Assembly: GCF_009914755.1 (NCBI RefSeq)
Contig: NC_060925.1
Source of the DNA: the human T2T-CHM13v2.0 reference genome, Homo sapiens
DNA length: 64,000 nt
Reading direction: 5' to 3' (one strand)
The notes under the pieces: generated by a model
What the model was told of the DNA's origin: nothing
The model's database searches: none
Seen by the model: the letters and a program-made list of their open reading frames with translations, nothing else
Made by a program: the position numbers and the translations under genes
Shown here: in pieces, positions 1 through 14,010 of the stretch
How the letters are laid out: each line of letters opens with the position of its first letter
Numbering within the stretch: position 1 is the first letter of the stretch

Positions 1-650
1 AGCTGAGGTCAGAGTGCCTGTGGTCAGAGTCCAGTAAGCCATGGTAGGGATGTCGGCTTTTGTTCTGTGTGAGATGGGAAGTCATTGCAGGGTTTTGAAT
101 AAAGTTGTGCTGTGGTCTGACTCAAGTTTTAAAAGAATCACTCTGGCTCCCATGTTAAGAATTGAGTGTAGGGAGTAAGAAGAGGACCAGTAATGTGGCT
201 ATTGCGATAAACCAGGGGAGGGAAGTGGTGGCTTGACCTGGGTGGCAGCAGTGTAGATGTGAAAAGTGGCTGGATTCTGGATATATTTCACAAGTCGAGT
301 CAATAGGATTTCTGATGGATTGTTGTAGGAGTGGGGAGGAGAGCGGAGTCAAGGATTACTCCAAGGGTTTTATGAGCAACTGGAATATAGTGTTGCTATT
401 AGCTGGTTTAGGGAAGACTGTGGGAGGAACAGTTTTAGGTAAAGATCAAAACTTGGTTCTGAGCATGCTAAGTTTGCAATACCTATCAGACATCTAAGAG
501 ATGAATCTGGAGTTTAGGGGAGAGGGGCAGGGTGGGGCTATAGATTTGGGAGTCATTAGCTTATATACCTGGTATTTAAAATGTGGAGACCAGATGAGAT
601 AATCTAGGGAGTGAGTATAAAGAAAAGTGGTCCAAAGACTAAGCTCCTTC
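1..650 (-). mobile_element. L2 LINE fragment (resumes at ~1500-1595 after the LTR insertion)
   Basis: Purine-rich, diverged L2 antisense motifs (GAGATGGGAAGTCATTGCAGGGTTTTGA..TTTTAAAAGAATCACTCTGGCT; GCTGGATTCTGGATATATTT; TAGATTTGGGAGTCATTAGC). Continuation GAGAAGGAGTGGCCAG at ~1540. Confidence 0.75.
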
Positions 651-654
651 GTAA

Positions 655-1368
<714 letters not shown>

Positions 1369-1458
1369 CAGGGCTTTCTGGAAATGTTATAAAACAAGTG
1401 AAGTTTGTGGTATATAAATTATCCCTCGAGTTAACAGCCTCGGCCGTTTACAAAAAAA

Positions 1459-1459
<1 letters not shown>

Positions 1460-1490
<31 letters not shown>
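1460..1490. repeat. (CA)n microsatellite, ~15 units
   Basis: Read directly from the sequence. Confidence 0.97.
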
Positions 1491-1492
<2 letters not shown>

Positions 1493-3234
1493 CGGAAAAA
1501 GGAGGCAAAGAGATGGGGAGTAACTAGTGAAGGATCTGTGAGAAGGAGTGGCCAGAGTAAAAGGAATAAAACAGGAAATTGTGGGGTCCTGGCAAACAAC
1601 TCAGTATAATTCTCATTTTTTGTTTGTCCTTCATTGTATTATTTCTCTACTATATTTTTCCCAGCTAGAAGTTGGATTGAAGAAATTAAAAAGTGTGTTA
1701 CTTTCATTTTCTTGAATATGTTCTTAATCCTGGTTAACATCCTTGTTCAGACTGCTTTTCTTTTCTCTCTTTATTTAGCGAGCAAATAACTTTGAAGTTT
1801 TATGAGACAGGATTATCTCAGTCTAAACAAAACTGGTTAGTATTGGAGAAAAGAAGGAGTAATGAGAAGGGGAAAAGGTGACTTTGAATGAAGAATCTTT
1901 GCTAAGATGAGCTCTGCAGGTACAGAAACAATAGAGGATGGAGTCATTGTGCATCTCTTCGCTCTCCTACACACCCAGTCGTGATGTGTGCCCTTGTAAG
2001 CAGAGAAGCAAAATATTGCAATAGTTTACAATGACATTCAGCAAGTGCAGCAAATCCTGTGGCAATGGATTTTCCTGCTTATATGAAGCCTGAGACATGG
2101 AGGTCGTGCTTTGTGACTTTAGGAATGGGCAGAGTACAAGTCCCTGGAAGATGCCTATCTTTTAATATAAGGGCTCTGGTAGCGTTATGCAAAACAACAC
2201 AGAGGTTTAGTCCCTGCCCCATGGAAGCCTTCACTTTAAAGGGTGTGGTGTGTTGCAAAATGCATGAAGTCACTACTTAGAGGTATACTTAATAAGGGAG
2301 GATGAAAGTGACGCAAATGCAGTTCTCAGGATCAGAAGAGTAACTTGCCAGCAAGCATGTATTTTAATTGTCCTTTTTCTCTTCATGCTGAGAAATTATG
2401 TAAAACTTTGAGATTCAAATAAGGAAATTTGAAAATGATCTCACAATACTGAAACATAAAATTTAATAGGCGAGGAAGCAACATATCCTAGGTGGCAAAG
2501 TTAGAACAAATTCCTTCCAGTCTTCTACATCTTTGACAAGACAATGTGAATTGGTGTTTCTTGAGGATGAAAATCAATGGATTAAAGATCTAGACCAGGA
2601 ACTGGGTAAAATACCTACCTTTTGATAGATTGGAATTCAGAGCATAATTCACTTTCATTGCTACAGTAGCATGAAAGGTAATGTTTGTTTTAGTATATCT
2701 CATCCAAGAAGCTCAAAACTATCTAATACATCTGGATTATTTGGTTAGAAAAAGCATTTATTGGCTAATTCACAAATCACAGGAATGTTTTAAAAGCAAT
2801 TTGATTTTATCCAGTGATCGAGTGTCACAAGTTACTTTACGGCTTTAAAGAGGACCGGTCATCAGCGAGGAGTCTGAGAGCTGGTCTCCCAGCCCCTCAG
2901 GCATGGGTCTGTCTGAGCTGGGGATTGGTTGGAAGGACTACAGGGGTTTAAAATGTTCCAAGATGTTTCTGTTAAAATGATGGTAGTTGAATAGAGTGGG
3001 TTCCTTTTGAAACATGGCGATTCCATTCCTCTTCCTGTAGCTGTGGGAGGGATAATTGCAGAGTGGCAGCATGGGAACTAGCCCAGAGATAGGGCTCCTT
3101 TGTCTCCGTAAGTGAATTTCTCCTCGTGGCAAACCTAAAGGTCAAATCCTCCTCTTGTGCAGGCTGCATCTGACCACAAGTGGGTTGTCTGAGATAGTCA
3201 ATAGGGTCAAGCTGCATGGAGTGGCCTGGTGGAT

Positions 3235-3350
3235 GGATTTATTCATCCATCTATTTAAAATGTTTTAATGATTGCCATCTATGTGCCAAGAACAGTCCTA
3301 AGAACTAAAATACAATGAGGAAAAAACTAGATGAGGATCCTGTCCCTATT
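3235..3350 (-). mobile_element. L2 3' end fragment
   Basis: ATTTATTCATCCATC..TATGTGCCAAG..CTAAGAACT matches the reverse complement of the L2 terminus. Confidence 0.55.
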
Positions 3351-3727
3351 AGTAAACTCATGTAAAATTAGGACTTGTGCTAAGGACTAGAAAGCTATAA
3401 GATTCTGTGTTAGAGCAAAATGGGGTGGGGTAGAGTAGGGCATGAGCCTGTGGAATAGGCTGGCCAGTGACATAAGGGGGAAGAGACAGAGCAGAGAAGT
3501 GGCCTGTGGCCCAGCAGTTGGGTTGGCCTTGCTTAATTTTCCAGGACACATGAGGCCAGTCCTGAAGGAGAAAGAGTACAAGAAGAAAGATCACCTTTGA
3601 GAGTGGACACTCACCCAGGGCAGCGCAAAAGGAGCATGGGGCACAAGAAAACCAAGGTCCATACAACACAGCTAAATGCATAAATGGACAGGGGAGAAGG
3701 GAGTGCCATCATCCATGCAACCTAGCT

Positions 3728-3821
3728 TACAAATCCCCTAGTGTCAAAGGGGGATTTGTACAAATTTCCCCTAGTGTCAAAGGGGGATTTGTACAAATTT
3801 CCCCTAGTGTCAAAATCCCCT
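3728..3821. repeat. 33-bp minisatellite (~2.7 copies) with internal inverted repeat
   Basis: Unit TACAAATTTCCCCTAGTGTCAAAGGGGGATTTG at 3759-3791, a 31-bp variant at 3728-3758 and a partial copy at 3792-3814. Confidence 0.95.
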
Positions 3822-3965
3822 GGGAAGGGCAAGATTTTTTTTTTAAACATTACAAATGTTATTACATGTATATTTGAAAAAAAACCCTTTAAACAATACA
3901 TAGAAGTGTATGAAGCAAGGAATGGGTTTTTTTGAATACTCATTAATATTGTTTCAAGATATTAA

Positions 3966-4753
<788 letters not shown>

Positions 4754-4764
4754 ATACAACTACC

Positions 4765-4870
4765 GTCCCATCTCTAAATGGGCATACAAAGCAGAGAGGG
4801 ATAAAGTCACTTGCCCAAGTGCACACAGAAAGTAAAAGTGGGAGTTGATATTTAAGTTCAGGCACTTTGT
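4765..4870 (-). mobile_element. MIR fragment
   Basis: Core AAGTCACTTGCCCAAG..CACACAG. Confidence 0.6.
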
Positions 4871-4939
4871 ATTTGTAACAATTACACCATGTTGCCAATC
4901 CCCTTGTCCATTTTTGTACTCCTTGTAGGTAATATGTTA

Positions 4940-5060
4940 AACATACAGGTTTCTGGGTCTTACTTCTGAATCTGCATCTTTGGAGATGGGCCCCAGAAAT
5001 CTGTGTTTTGAACCTGATCTCCAGTAGTTTTTTTCTGTATATTCTACAGACTGGCATTGG
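4940..5060. mobile_element. MER5A-like hAT DNA transposon fragment
   Basis: CTGAATCTGCATCTTTGGAGATGGGCCCCAGAAATCTGTGTTTT resembles the MER5A core. Confidence 0.55.
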
Positions 5061-8000
5061 GAAATAGAAGATAGTAAGGACAGCTTAAAAACTTTTTCAG
5101 TTAGCATGGTAAAGCCTTATTTAATGCCTGGCCATTAAGTAAATTCAGAGGTTATCTGGAAGGACATATGTCTGTGTTGTATGTGAATATACCTGTGAAA
5201 AATGCTCAGAATCAGACAACAGATAAAGACTCTGAAGACAGACATAGAGATGAAATGCCCACTTAGCCACCTGGGGCCAGAGAGATTGGTGGTCAGAACT
5301 AAAATAACACTTATATGTATATGGCATATCCTTAATTAGTTGAGATATTTGCAGCTAATTGTAGAATAGAATTGGTCTAGTAGTCTGCCTAGGGTGTAAC
5401 AATAAAAAACCTCGGAATTTATTTGTTTCTCTTAACGTCACAATCGAAGAACACTGCTCAGGAATGGAAGAAATTATTGACCCATTTGGGGTCTGTAATA
5501 AGGCCCGGCTAGAAATCACTGCACAACGACACCTGGAAGGCACGGTGATAGAACTGCACAGGGCTGGTTACAACATGGCATAGAGAGATCCAAATGTTAC
5601 TTCAATTTGTTCCCTCATAGTGGGTCCATGATCTGGTACTCAATTTTACCCATTTAAAAAAATCCAACCCATTGATTCACCTTGAGGTGAACCCCTAAGG
5701 CAACAACATAAAGTCCAAATAAAAATGTGTCCCAGAGTCTCTCTCCCTGCACAGCACTGAGTAAACCCTGACACATTCTTATTTGTGAGCTATCAGTTTC
5801 TTTGGCTCCTCAAGAACCACCACCCTTCAGTTAGCCGTTTTACATTTACCATTAAAAATATTTGGTCAGTCTGAGTCACTGTGTCTGTGGTTCTGTAAGG
5901 CAATTTTTAAAAGTCAGAAGAAATGGGCAATACCTGAAATCGTTTATTTAAGGAAAAGGAGTGAAAAGTTAGTGAAAGAGAAAGATGCCAAAGAGACATA
6001 CTCCATATTCATGACTGTTTTACTTTCTGTTCCTCATTTAATTCTGCATCTTTTTTATTCTTGAAATAAGCGTCTAAGATTTCCTTTACATTGTCTTTTA
6101 CTGTAATCCTCCCCCCACCTCCGTTTTAACTTCCAATTTTTAATTGGCTGTTATTTTTATTTATGCCTTTGGCTTGCAAAACTCTGTAACAATCAGTGCT
6201 AAACGTTGTGCTGCTTGATGACTGTTATTATTATATCCTTATCATATACTAGAAAGTGGGGCAGTTTCTTTATTTTTATTTTGGATATTATTTATTATTA
6301 TTTGGATATTGTACTGTGCTTTCATCTGTGTCTTATATTTGCTTTGTCTTTTATTTTTTATCATTTATCTCAAATTCCTTTGATGTTTCAGGCCATTCAT
6401 ATTCTCATCCACTCTTCTCACTTCGGTTACTTTTTGAATTACTGCGTGAGATTTCACAACCTACTCATTTTCCCTCCTCCACCGGCAGGTGTGGTAGCAG
6501 AGCAGAATTTTTCATGACAGGCTCGGTGGAATTCAGTGGAGCTTGAGTGGTGGCTCTCCTGATGGGCAGCAGCCATCTTGTGTGGTTCTTATATTCTTAG
6601 GATGTAGGCTGAGGCTATTATCTTCCCCACAGTTTACTGATGGATGCATTTGAGTGATAGAGATTAAATAGCTTTCCCAGGAATAAAACAATGAGTCAGT
6701 GATAAATGTAAGAACCAAAGGCAGAATGCTTGGCTTCTTAGCTATCCATAAATAACTTAGATGTTGGTGCATTGGCAATATTCTTCTTCTATAATAAATC
6801 TCAGATAAACATAACAAACACTCTTCTAAGCACAAATGACAACCTTGTGATGATTCTAACACGGACTCTTGGGAGTGTTCCCTTTCTCTTCCCTCTTGCC
6901 CCCTGAAGCATACTCTTTCTCAATAGGCTCAGATGTTCAGCCCAACTGCTCTTCAGTCCAAACTCCCTTCTAAGCCAAGACCCTATGACTTTCTTTCTCT
7001 TCCCTGGTAATAAAGCAAGTCTTGGGCATCAGAGTTTCCTAAAGATTACTAAGCACTTAATGTGTTCCTGTACACTTTTTGAAGGTCTCTCTTATTACCT
7101 CTAACTTCCACATGTTTAATATCAAGTGCCTGGGGCCAGTATCAAGCCCTGGAACAATATCTCTTTGTTCTCCCTGTTTAAGCTTTCAAAATCCCACAAA
7201 CTATGCCTTTCAGTTAATGTGTGTCCTAGTCAGATGCCTTGTCTGTCTCCTGGTGTAATCAGTTTGGTTATATCTGGACACTGGGTAATTCTGTGTGACA
7301 AGACAGGGGTGTTGCCTAAGGACTGGACAAGGCTTTCTCTTTAGCCATCTCACATGTGGTCTGAGAGGTTCAGTGTGAAGACCTTGGTGCTGTAAAACAA
7401 AACCATGTACAACAAATGCCTAAAATCTGTGCAGTCTGATGTCATGTTGCACAATAAATGTAAACACAACACACAAATGACTCTAATTAATATCAGCCTT
7501 CTGCAGTTAAACCAATGTGTGACTGTTTCCTCATTTTGTTAGTTTTCAAATATTCCTTTCTTCCATTTTTTTAACAATTTAACTCAATTTTAATAAAATG
7601 TTTCCCAAGCATTATTTTGACCACATACCCAAATTTAAGTTGTGAACATTAACAGTGTCCATTATATAAACACACTTGAAGTTAAGGACTTAACAATTTT
7701 CTAACATTAGCCTCTTTTCTATACTGCTTTTCACATATGTGCCCATTAACAAATGGAATGTCTGTTACATGTATTGGTTTGTGAGTGTTTCTGGAAAACC
7801 ACGGTGTGTGAAGACCAATTTCCATGCCGGCATTGCATGCATCCAAATATTAATAATGCACAGAGGCACAGAATTAGAGCAGTTAAGAGAGCAGATTCAA
7901 ATGCTAACATGTCTCATTTCCCTTTTTATTGGTTGTTTTGCTTAGTACTTCTTAAAACAAAAATAAGAATCTAGTTTTCAAGTATTTCTTGCCACTTTTG

Positions 8001-8207
8001 AGTGAACACTTTCCCCTGCTGCCCAGAAGGTCATTTCTTGTCTCCCATACAAGACGCACGTGGTAACAGGGTTAAAAGCACTCTACATTTAGGAGGTCTT
8101 GGGTATTACCAGGGAGTTCCCAGTTCATTCTTTTCAAGGTCAAACTGTAAATAAATATCATCCTAAATCCAAATATATTCAAGGTTTTTCATGCTACCAG
8201 ATTCTTC

Positions 8208-8478
8208 TAGTGCAGTGGCTCAGAGGCTGAGCTTTGGAATTTCTCTTATGGGTTGTTTGCATTCCCTCTCTGCCACTTTCTAGTTCTCTGACCTTGACTA
8301 TGTGACAAAACTTGGCTCTATGACTTACTGGCTATATATCTAAGTTTTAGCTTCCCCATCTATAAAGTGGGGGTAATAATAGTACTCAGTAGGGTTACTG
8401 TGATTAAATGAGCTAAAACTGAAAAGGACTAAGTATAATCCATAATATAGTAAGTGCTCAATAAATGTTAGTGATTAC
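8208..8478 (+). mobile_element. MIR
   Basis: CCCATCTATAAAGTGGGGGTAATAATAGTAC..TAAGTGCTCAATAAATGTTAG. Confidence 0.75.
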
Positions 8479-10234
8479 TGGTAAGAATAAAATGCTAATT
8501 TCATGCTTTTCTTTATTATATGATGAGAGAAGTTGAGAAATGGCTGAATGAATTATCTGAATTGTGTGATATTTAGTTTTTTTTTCCTGCAGAGGTAACA
8601 TTATGTTCTATAAATCCTCTAATGTAGTAGGTAGTATCTATTCTGAACAGGTCTCTCTGAATTAGGAGATTGGAAATGTCAGCAAATGATGTTCAAGTAG
8701 ATTCAATTCTTTTTTGTGAGGGGGGTAGGGTTGGGGCAAGCATTTTCATGTGGATATAAGAGGGCTTCAAACCAAAATTTAAAATCTGGCCAACCACTGC
8801 TGTTTCCCCCAGAAGTTGTGGGAGAGAAATTTTATGAGAAATTTTATCCTCTATTCTAAATATTTTTTGAGGGGCGGGCCGGGGGGAGGGGAGATTCTTC
8901 CCAGAGGTGTTTCTTTGTTTTAGAACCAGCCATGTATGTGTTGTCTTGATACCTTGTGTATATCACCTCCCAGGCCACTTCCAAAACGGGAACCAGTGGA
9001 ATTTTTGATGAACAGCTAAGTTCGGGTTATTTCTGAGAGGCATGTGGAGATAGACACGAAGCTTTCTTGATGCTGCAGGAGGAACTTAAAACAAAAGTCT
9101 TGGATGCCTCGCAGAAGGCTGTGCCCTAAGCAGAGAAAGGAAATCTTTCTTCTAAATTGCACCAATTGTTTTCAATCTTCTTTTACTTTTACCTTCCCAC
9201 ACACTAAGTCTATCAGTTCTGCCAGTCTGATGTCTAAAAATAGTTGCTATAGGGATATTTGCGTTTGATAAAATGCCACGGGGTCCTTGAGGCTAATTGG
9301 CAGGTTGAATTATTTCATGATCAATCCTTTAGATATTTGTTCTCAATTAAATTGACCATCTTAAAGTTTTTTTAAGGGAGCATGAGCAAATGTCAAGTTC
9401 AAAGTGCCGTATAAAAGCAAGAAACAGATCTGAGGTGAAGAATCTGTAGGGTTAGTGTGGTCAGAGGGACACATTCATCACCTGCCTGTGGCTATGTCTA
9501 CAGACAAAGAGAGGAGAATAGCAAGGTTGCTTGGGCAGAAATGAGAGCACTGAGGGAGCTGGGGTTAACCCAGGTTCACAGAGAGCCCACGGTCAGTAGT
9601 GGAGTTGGCGTGGAACCCAGCCCCACGGGCTTAACACGGTTATGTTATTTCTGTCTCCACTAAACTCCAGGAACTTACTAGAAGAACACAAGACATGCAT
9701 ACGTTAAGAACCAGAAAGCACAGTCAGTGGGTGTCACTGTGCTGCATGTGGGACACGGAAATGCAAAGCAAGGCATTGAAGAGCATGGGAGTGGCAGGGC
9801 TCATCCCAGCCAGACAAGGAAGAAGTCAGGATTGTTCTGGCCTGTCATGCTGGCACTTGTCCTGGTGTCTTTCTTGATCCACCCTTCAGGCCCCAGGTGT
9901 CCCTGTACTCTTTCCCTCCCATCCAAACCTGCTCTCAGAGAAAAGTCAGGAAGCCTTCAGTTGTTGCACAACCAAGGTGTGGCCTGGCTGGTTTCCACAC
10001 AGCAGAGGTACTCTGTTCTGGGAATTTAGATGGGGAAAGATTCTTAAAAGTTTCTTCTTGCAAATATTTTCAAAATTAAGTCTTAATATTTTAAAAAGAA
10101 GCAATTAACAAGCAAACAAGAAGTCCCCAAATCCTCAAATGTTTACTCCATGAAATTTCCTCGGACCACTCCCCTGAGCTGTCAACCTTCTCTCTTTTTG
10201 TTGCCAGAGCTTTTTGTGTATACAGCTTTTGATA

Positions 10235-10450
10235 TACATTATCATGTAATGACAGGGATATGTTCGGGAGATGCATTATTAGGCAATTTTGTTGTTGTGA
10301 GAACAACATAGAGTGTCCTTACACTCTATGGTAAGGACACTCTCTGGTGGAATTTGTGTGTCTAAGCATAGAAAAGATTACAGTCTTATGGGACCACTGA
10401 TGTATATGCAGTCCATTGTTGACCAAAACGTTGTGTGGCATGTGACCATA
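10235..10450. mobile_element. Tigger3/MER7-like TcMar DNA transposon (internally deleted)
   Basis: GACAGGGATATGTTCGGGAGATGCATTATTAGGCAATTTTG and CTTATGGGACCACTGATGTATATGCAGTCCATTGTTGACCAAAACGTTG match the Tigger3 ends. Confidence 0.75.
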
Positions 10451-10481
10451 CCTTTTTTCAAGTTCTCATCATATTTCATGC

Positions 10482-10794
<313 letters not shown>

Positions 10795-10926
10795 TAATTA
10801 TTGATAGCTCTGTCTGTTTTGAGACAGGGACTTCCCTTTATTCATGTTTGGTATATTTTTACTTGGGTAGATGCTCAATAAACTAAAAAAGGGAGAAAAG
10901 AATCTAAAACCATTAATGCTAAGGTG

Positions 10927-11003
10927 CAAGCCTGGCCAACAAGGTGAAACCCCCTCTCTACTAAAAATATAAAAACTTAGACAGGTGTGGTGGTGCGTGC
11001 CTT
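10927..11003 (+). mobile_element. Alu internal fragment (linker region)
   Basis: AGCCTGGCCAACAAGGTGAAACCCCTCTCTACTAAAAATATAAAAACTTAG..GGTGCGTGCCT. Confidence 0.85.
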
Positions 11004-11159
11004 GAGATATTGCAGTTTCCCCAGATAACCTAAATCTACCACAATAGGAGGGAGTTTGAGTGAATAATGGCATATCTTTATACAAAGAATTTCTAATAAG
11101 GGAAATGCATATGTTATAGTAATAAGTAGAAACAGCTGATTGAGTTTAACATAATATGT

Positions 11160-11305
11160 AATAATGCATAGAAAGAAGGTCTAGAAGGAAATGAACCAAA
11201 CTGTTGAAATCATGATTTCTAATTGTGAGCGTTATGAATGATTTTTATTTTCACCTCCTTAATTTTCTGTATTGTTCAAAGTTTCTAGAATGAACATGTA
11301 TTCAT
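11160..11305 (+). mobile_element. Ancient L1 (L1ME-type) 3' UTR fragment
   Basis: ATGCATAGAAAGAAGGTCTAGAAGGAAAT..GATTTTTATTTTC..ATGAACATGTATT. Confidence 0.55.
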
Positions 11306-12519
11306 ATATAACACATAAGAAAATTTGGTTTCCCCCTCAAACAGTATCTCTCAGAAAAGGAGTTGCATTTGAGCTCTTCCAAAGTCCTTTGCACTATGGT
11401 GCGGTCGCCGACTTTTTTTGAAACACAAAGTGCTAGGTGGGTGGGGAGGACACATTAGCTTGAATTGACCCTAACAAATCATAAACTTTTAGATAATTAT
11501 GGTTGTTTGCTTAAAAAAAAAGGACCATGGAGGGAGGAGGAAGAAAAGGAAAAAAATTAAAAATAAAAATAAAGGACCAGAAAGCATTAACATAAGTTTA
11601 ACGAATCCCTTATTTGGGAACAGGCCTCCAAATTAATTTGCAAGTTCTAGATGTCATTGTAAACCGGCTTTCTGAAGGTCCCTTTACCAAGCAATGCTAT
11701 AAGTGATTACATTGTGACAACCATAAATATACATTTGTAGGATGAATAGAACAAAAAATTATTTTAGTGTTTTGTAAATAGTACTTGTGGCTTGGGATAA
11801 AAATTGCAATGGCAGCATCATGGTTTAAAATAAAACAAATTAGATGGAAGAGAAGATTATGTCTGGAAAACTATCAGATGCCTAAAAACATGTCTCATGA
11901 AATGGAAGACACTTGTCACTAGACACACAGATGGCAACTTTAAATCAGACACCTTCATGGGATGGAAAAGTGGAAGAATATTTCTAAATTGAATTATTTT
12001 ATACAATGTGACTTTAAATATGTATACTTAATTAAATTAATAAATTAAACATTGAAATTAGGTACATAACTATTTCATCTATCTTCCTAAAGGCTTATAT
12101 TTGAGTTGGTCCACATTATTAAAAAATTTTTTTTCTCTTTGGGAAAGTAACCTTATGTTAGTGTTACTTTTTATTCCTGTATGCTTTTATAACAAGAGCA
12201 AAATCAAAAGCACAAACTTGCTATGCCTTCCAGGGAATCTTAAAATTTAATAGGAATTATGCTTTTATGTAAGCCATTAAACTGTAATGATGAAATCCCA
12301 GGCATCAGCTAGTGGATGGGGAAGGTATTTAGGGAGACAGTCTGGTCTCCGTGCCCTTAGAATCACTAACTTAGACAAGGCCATTTGCTTAGCCCTGAGT
12401 GAGGCTGGCTTTGTCGGGGAAGATTCCATCCAGGAACATTTCTTGGAGAAGTGACTTTGGAGCTCAATTTGCAAGTAGGAAGTGGACATATTAGAAAAGA
12501 AGGAATAAAAAGACATGTG

Positions 12520-13000
12520 AGTGACCTACTGCTGCTTTACAAACCACCCCAAAGCTTAAAGGCTTAAAACCACAGTCATTTATTCGTTACCATTCTTTGG
12601 CTTGGCAATTTGGGCAGAGCACAGCTAGGATGGCTCATTTCTACTCTGTATCTGTTTGCAGTTGTTGATGGGTTGGTCCATCATAGATGGCCTCTCTGTC
12701 CGCCTGGGACCTGGGGAGAGAGTCCTGTAATGGCTGGATGGCTGGGTCTCTTTCTCCATGTGGTACCTCTCATCCTTAACAAAGGACTTGTTCACAGACA
12801 GCATTATTCAAAGAAGGCGAAAGTGGAAGCTACAGGGCCTCTGGAAGCCAAACCTTGGTAGTCATATGATATTGCTTCTGCCATATCCTATTGCTCAAAA
12901 CAAGTCACAAAATCAGCCCAGATCCCAGGGAGTGGGGAAATAGATTCTGCCTTTTGATGGGAAGAGCTTTAAAGAATTCGTGGCCAGATTTATCTCAACA
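12520..13000 (-). mobile_element. MLT1 (H/I/J-type) MaLR LTR
   Basis: ACAAACCACCCCAAAGCTTAAAGGCTTAAAAC..AAGTCACAAAATCAGCCCAGAT..GGGAAATAGATTCTGCCTTTTGATGGGAAGAG. Confidence 0.75.
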
Positions 13001-13248
13001 TAGGGCATTTCCAATGGGGAGAACAGCTTCTGGAAGGGAATAGAGGTAGGAATACATGAAAGTTGTAGTAGGAATTTTAGAGTCTAGCCTGATTTAAATA
13101 GAGGAGGCTTGTTGATGAGCAGCTTGAAATGAAACTGGGTATGCAGCCTAAGAGGCCCAAACACTGTAAACTTGGGACCAGGACTTTGAAGTAAGGGTTA
13201 GCAAAGCTCATTGTGGATCCCAGATCACAGCCTCAGAGTTCCTTTTAA

Positions 13249-13643
<395 letters not shown>

Positions 13644-13779
13644 TGTTTTTATTTTTTAAACAATTTTTGCTTTGACATCTTGGAAGACTCTGTTTCAGTA
13701 AAGTATACCATATCCAGGAATGGATTTTATCAATGCCTTTGTGGACTTTCAGAAGACAGAAGAGCACAGAGGCAGGAAA

Positions 13780-14010
13780 GGACAGTGGTTACGTGCCTGA
13801 ACTCTGGAGCCAGACAGACCTTGGTTCAAATCCTGTCTTCACCACTATGAAGCCACATAACATTTGGCAAGTCACATAACCTCTTTAAGCTTTGGTTTTC
13901 TCCAATGTAACATGGGACTAAAATTATACCTACTTCACAGGAATGGTTGTGAGGATAGATAGTACACTTAGGGATTTGTAAGCATTGAACATATAAGTGC
14001 TCAGTTAGTG
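13780..14010 (+). mobile_element. MIR (near full length)
   Basis: CTCTGGAGCCAGACAGACCTTGGTTCAAATCCTG..GGCAAGTCACATAACCTCT..TAAGTGCTCA. Confidence 0.85.

Noticed and set aside
3728-3821. Possible CRISPR array (33-bp palindromic repeats)
   Set aside because: No unique spacers, fewer than three full copies, no cas genes, human context.
6206-6580. Hydrophobic ORFs at 6206-6546 and a minus-strand AAGATGGCTGCT Kozak/YY1-like motif
   Set aside because: The ORFs reflect T-rich low complexity, and the minus-strand ATG frame closes after ~40 codons with no recognisable product.
8870-8891. GC-box/G-run cluster GGGGCGGGCCGGGGGGAGGGG as a promoter
   Set aside because: Isolated motif with no CpG island or downstream first-exon evidence.
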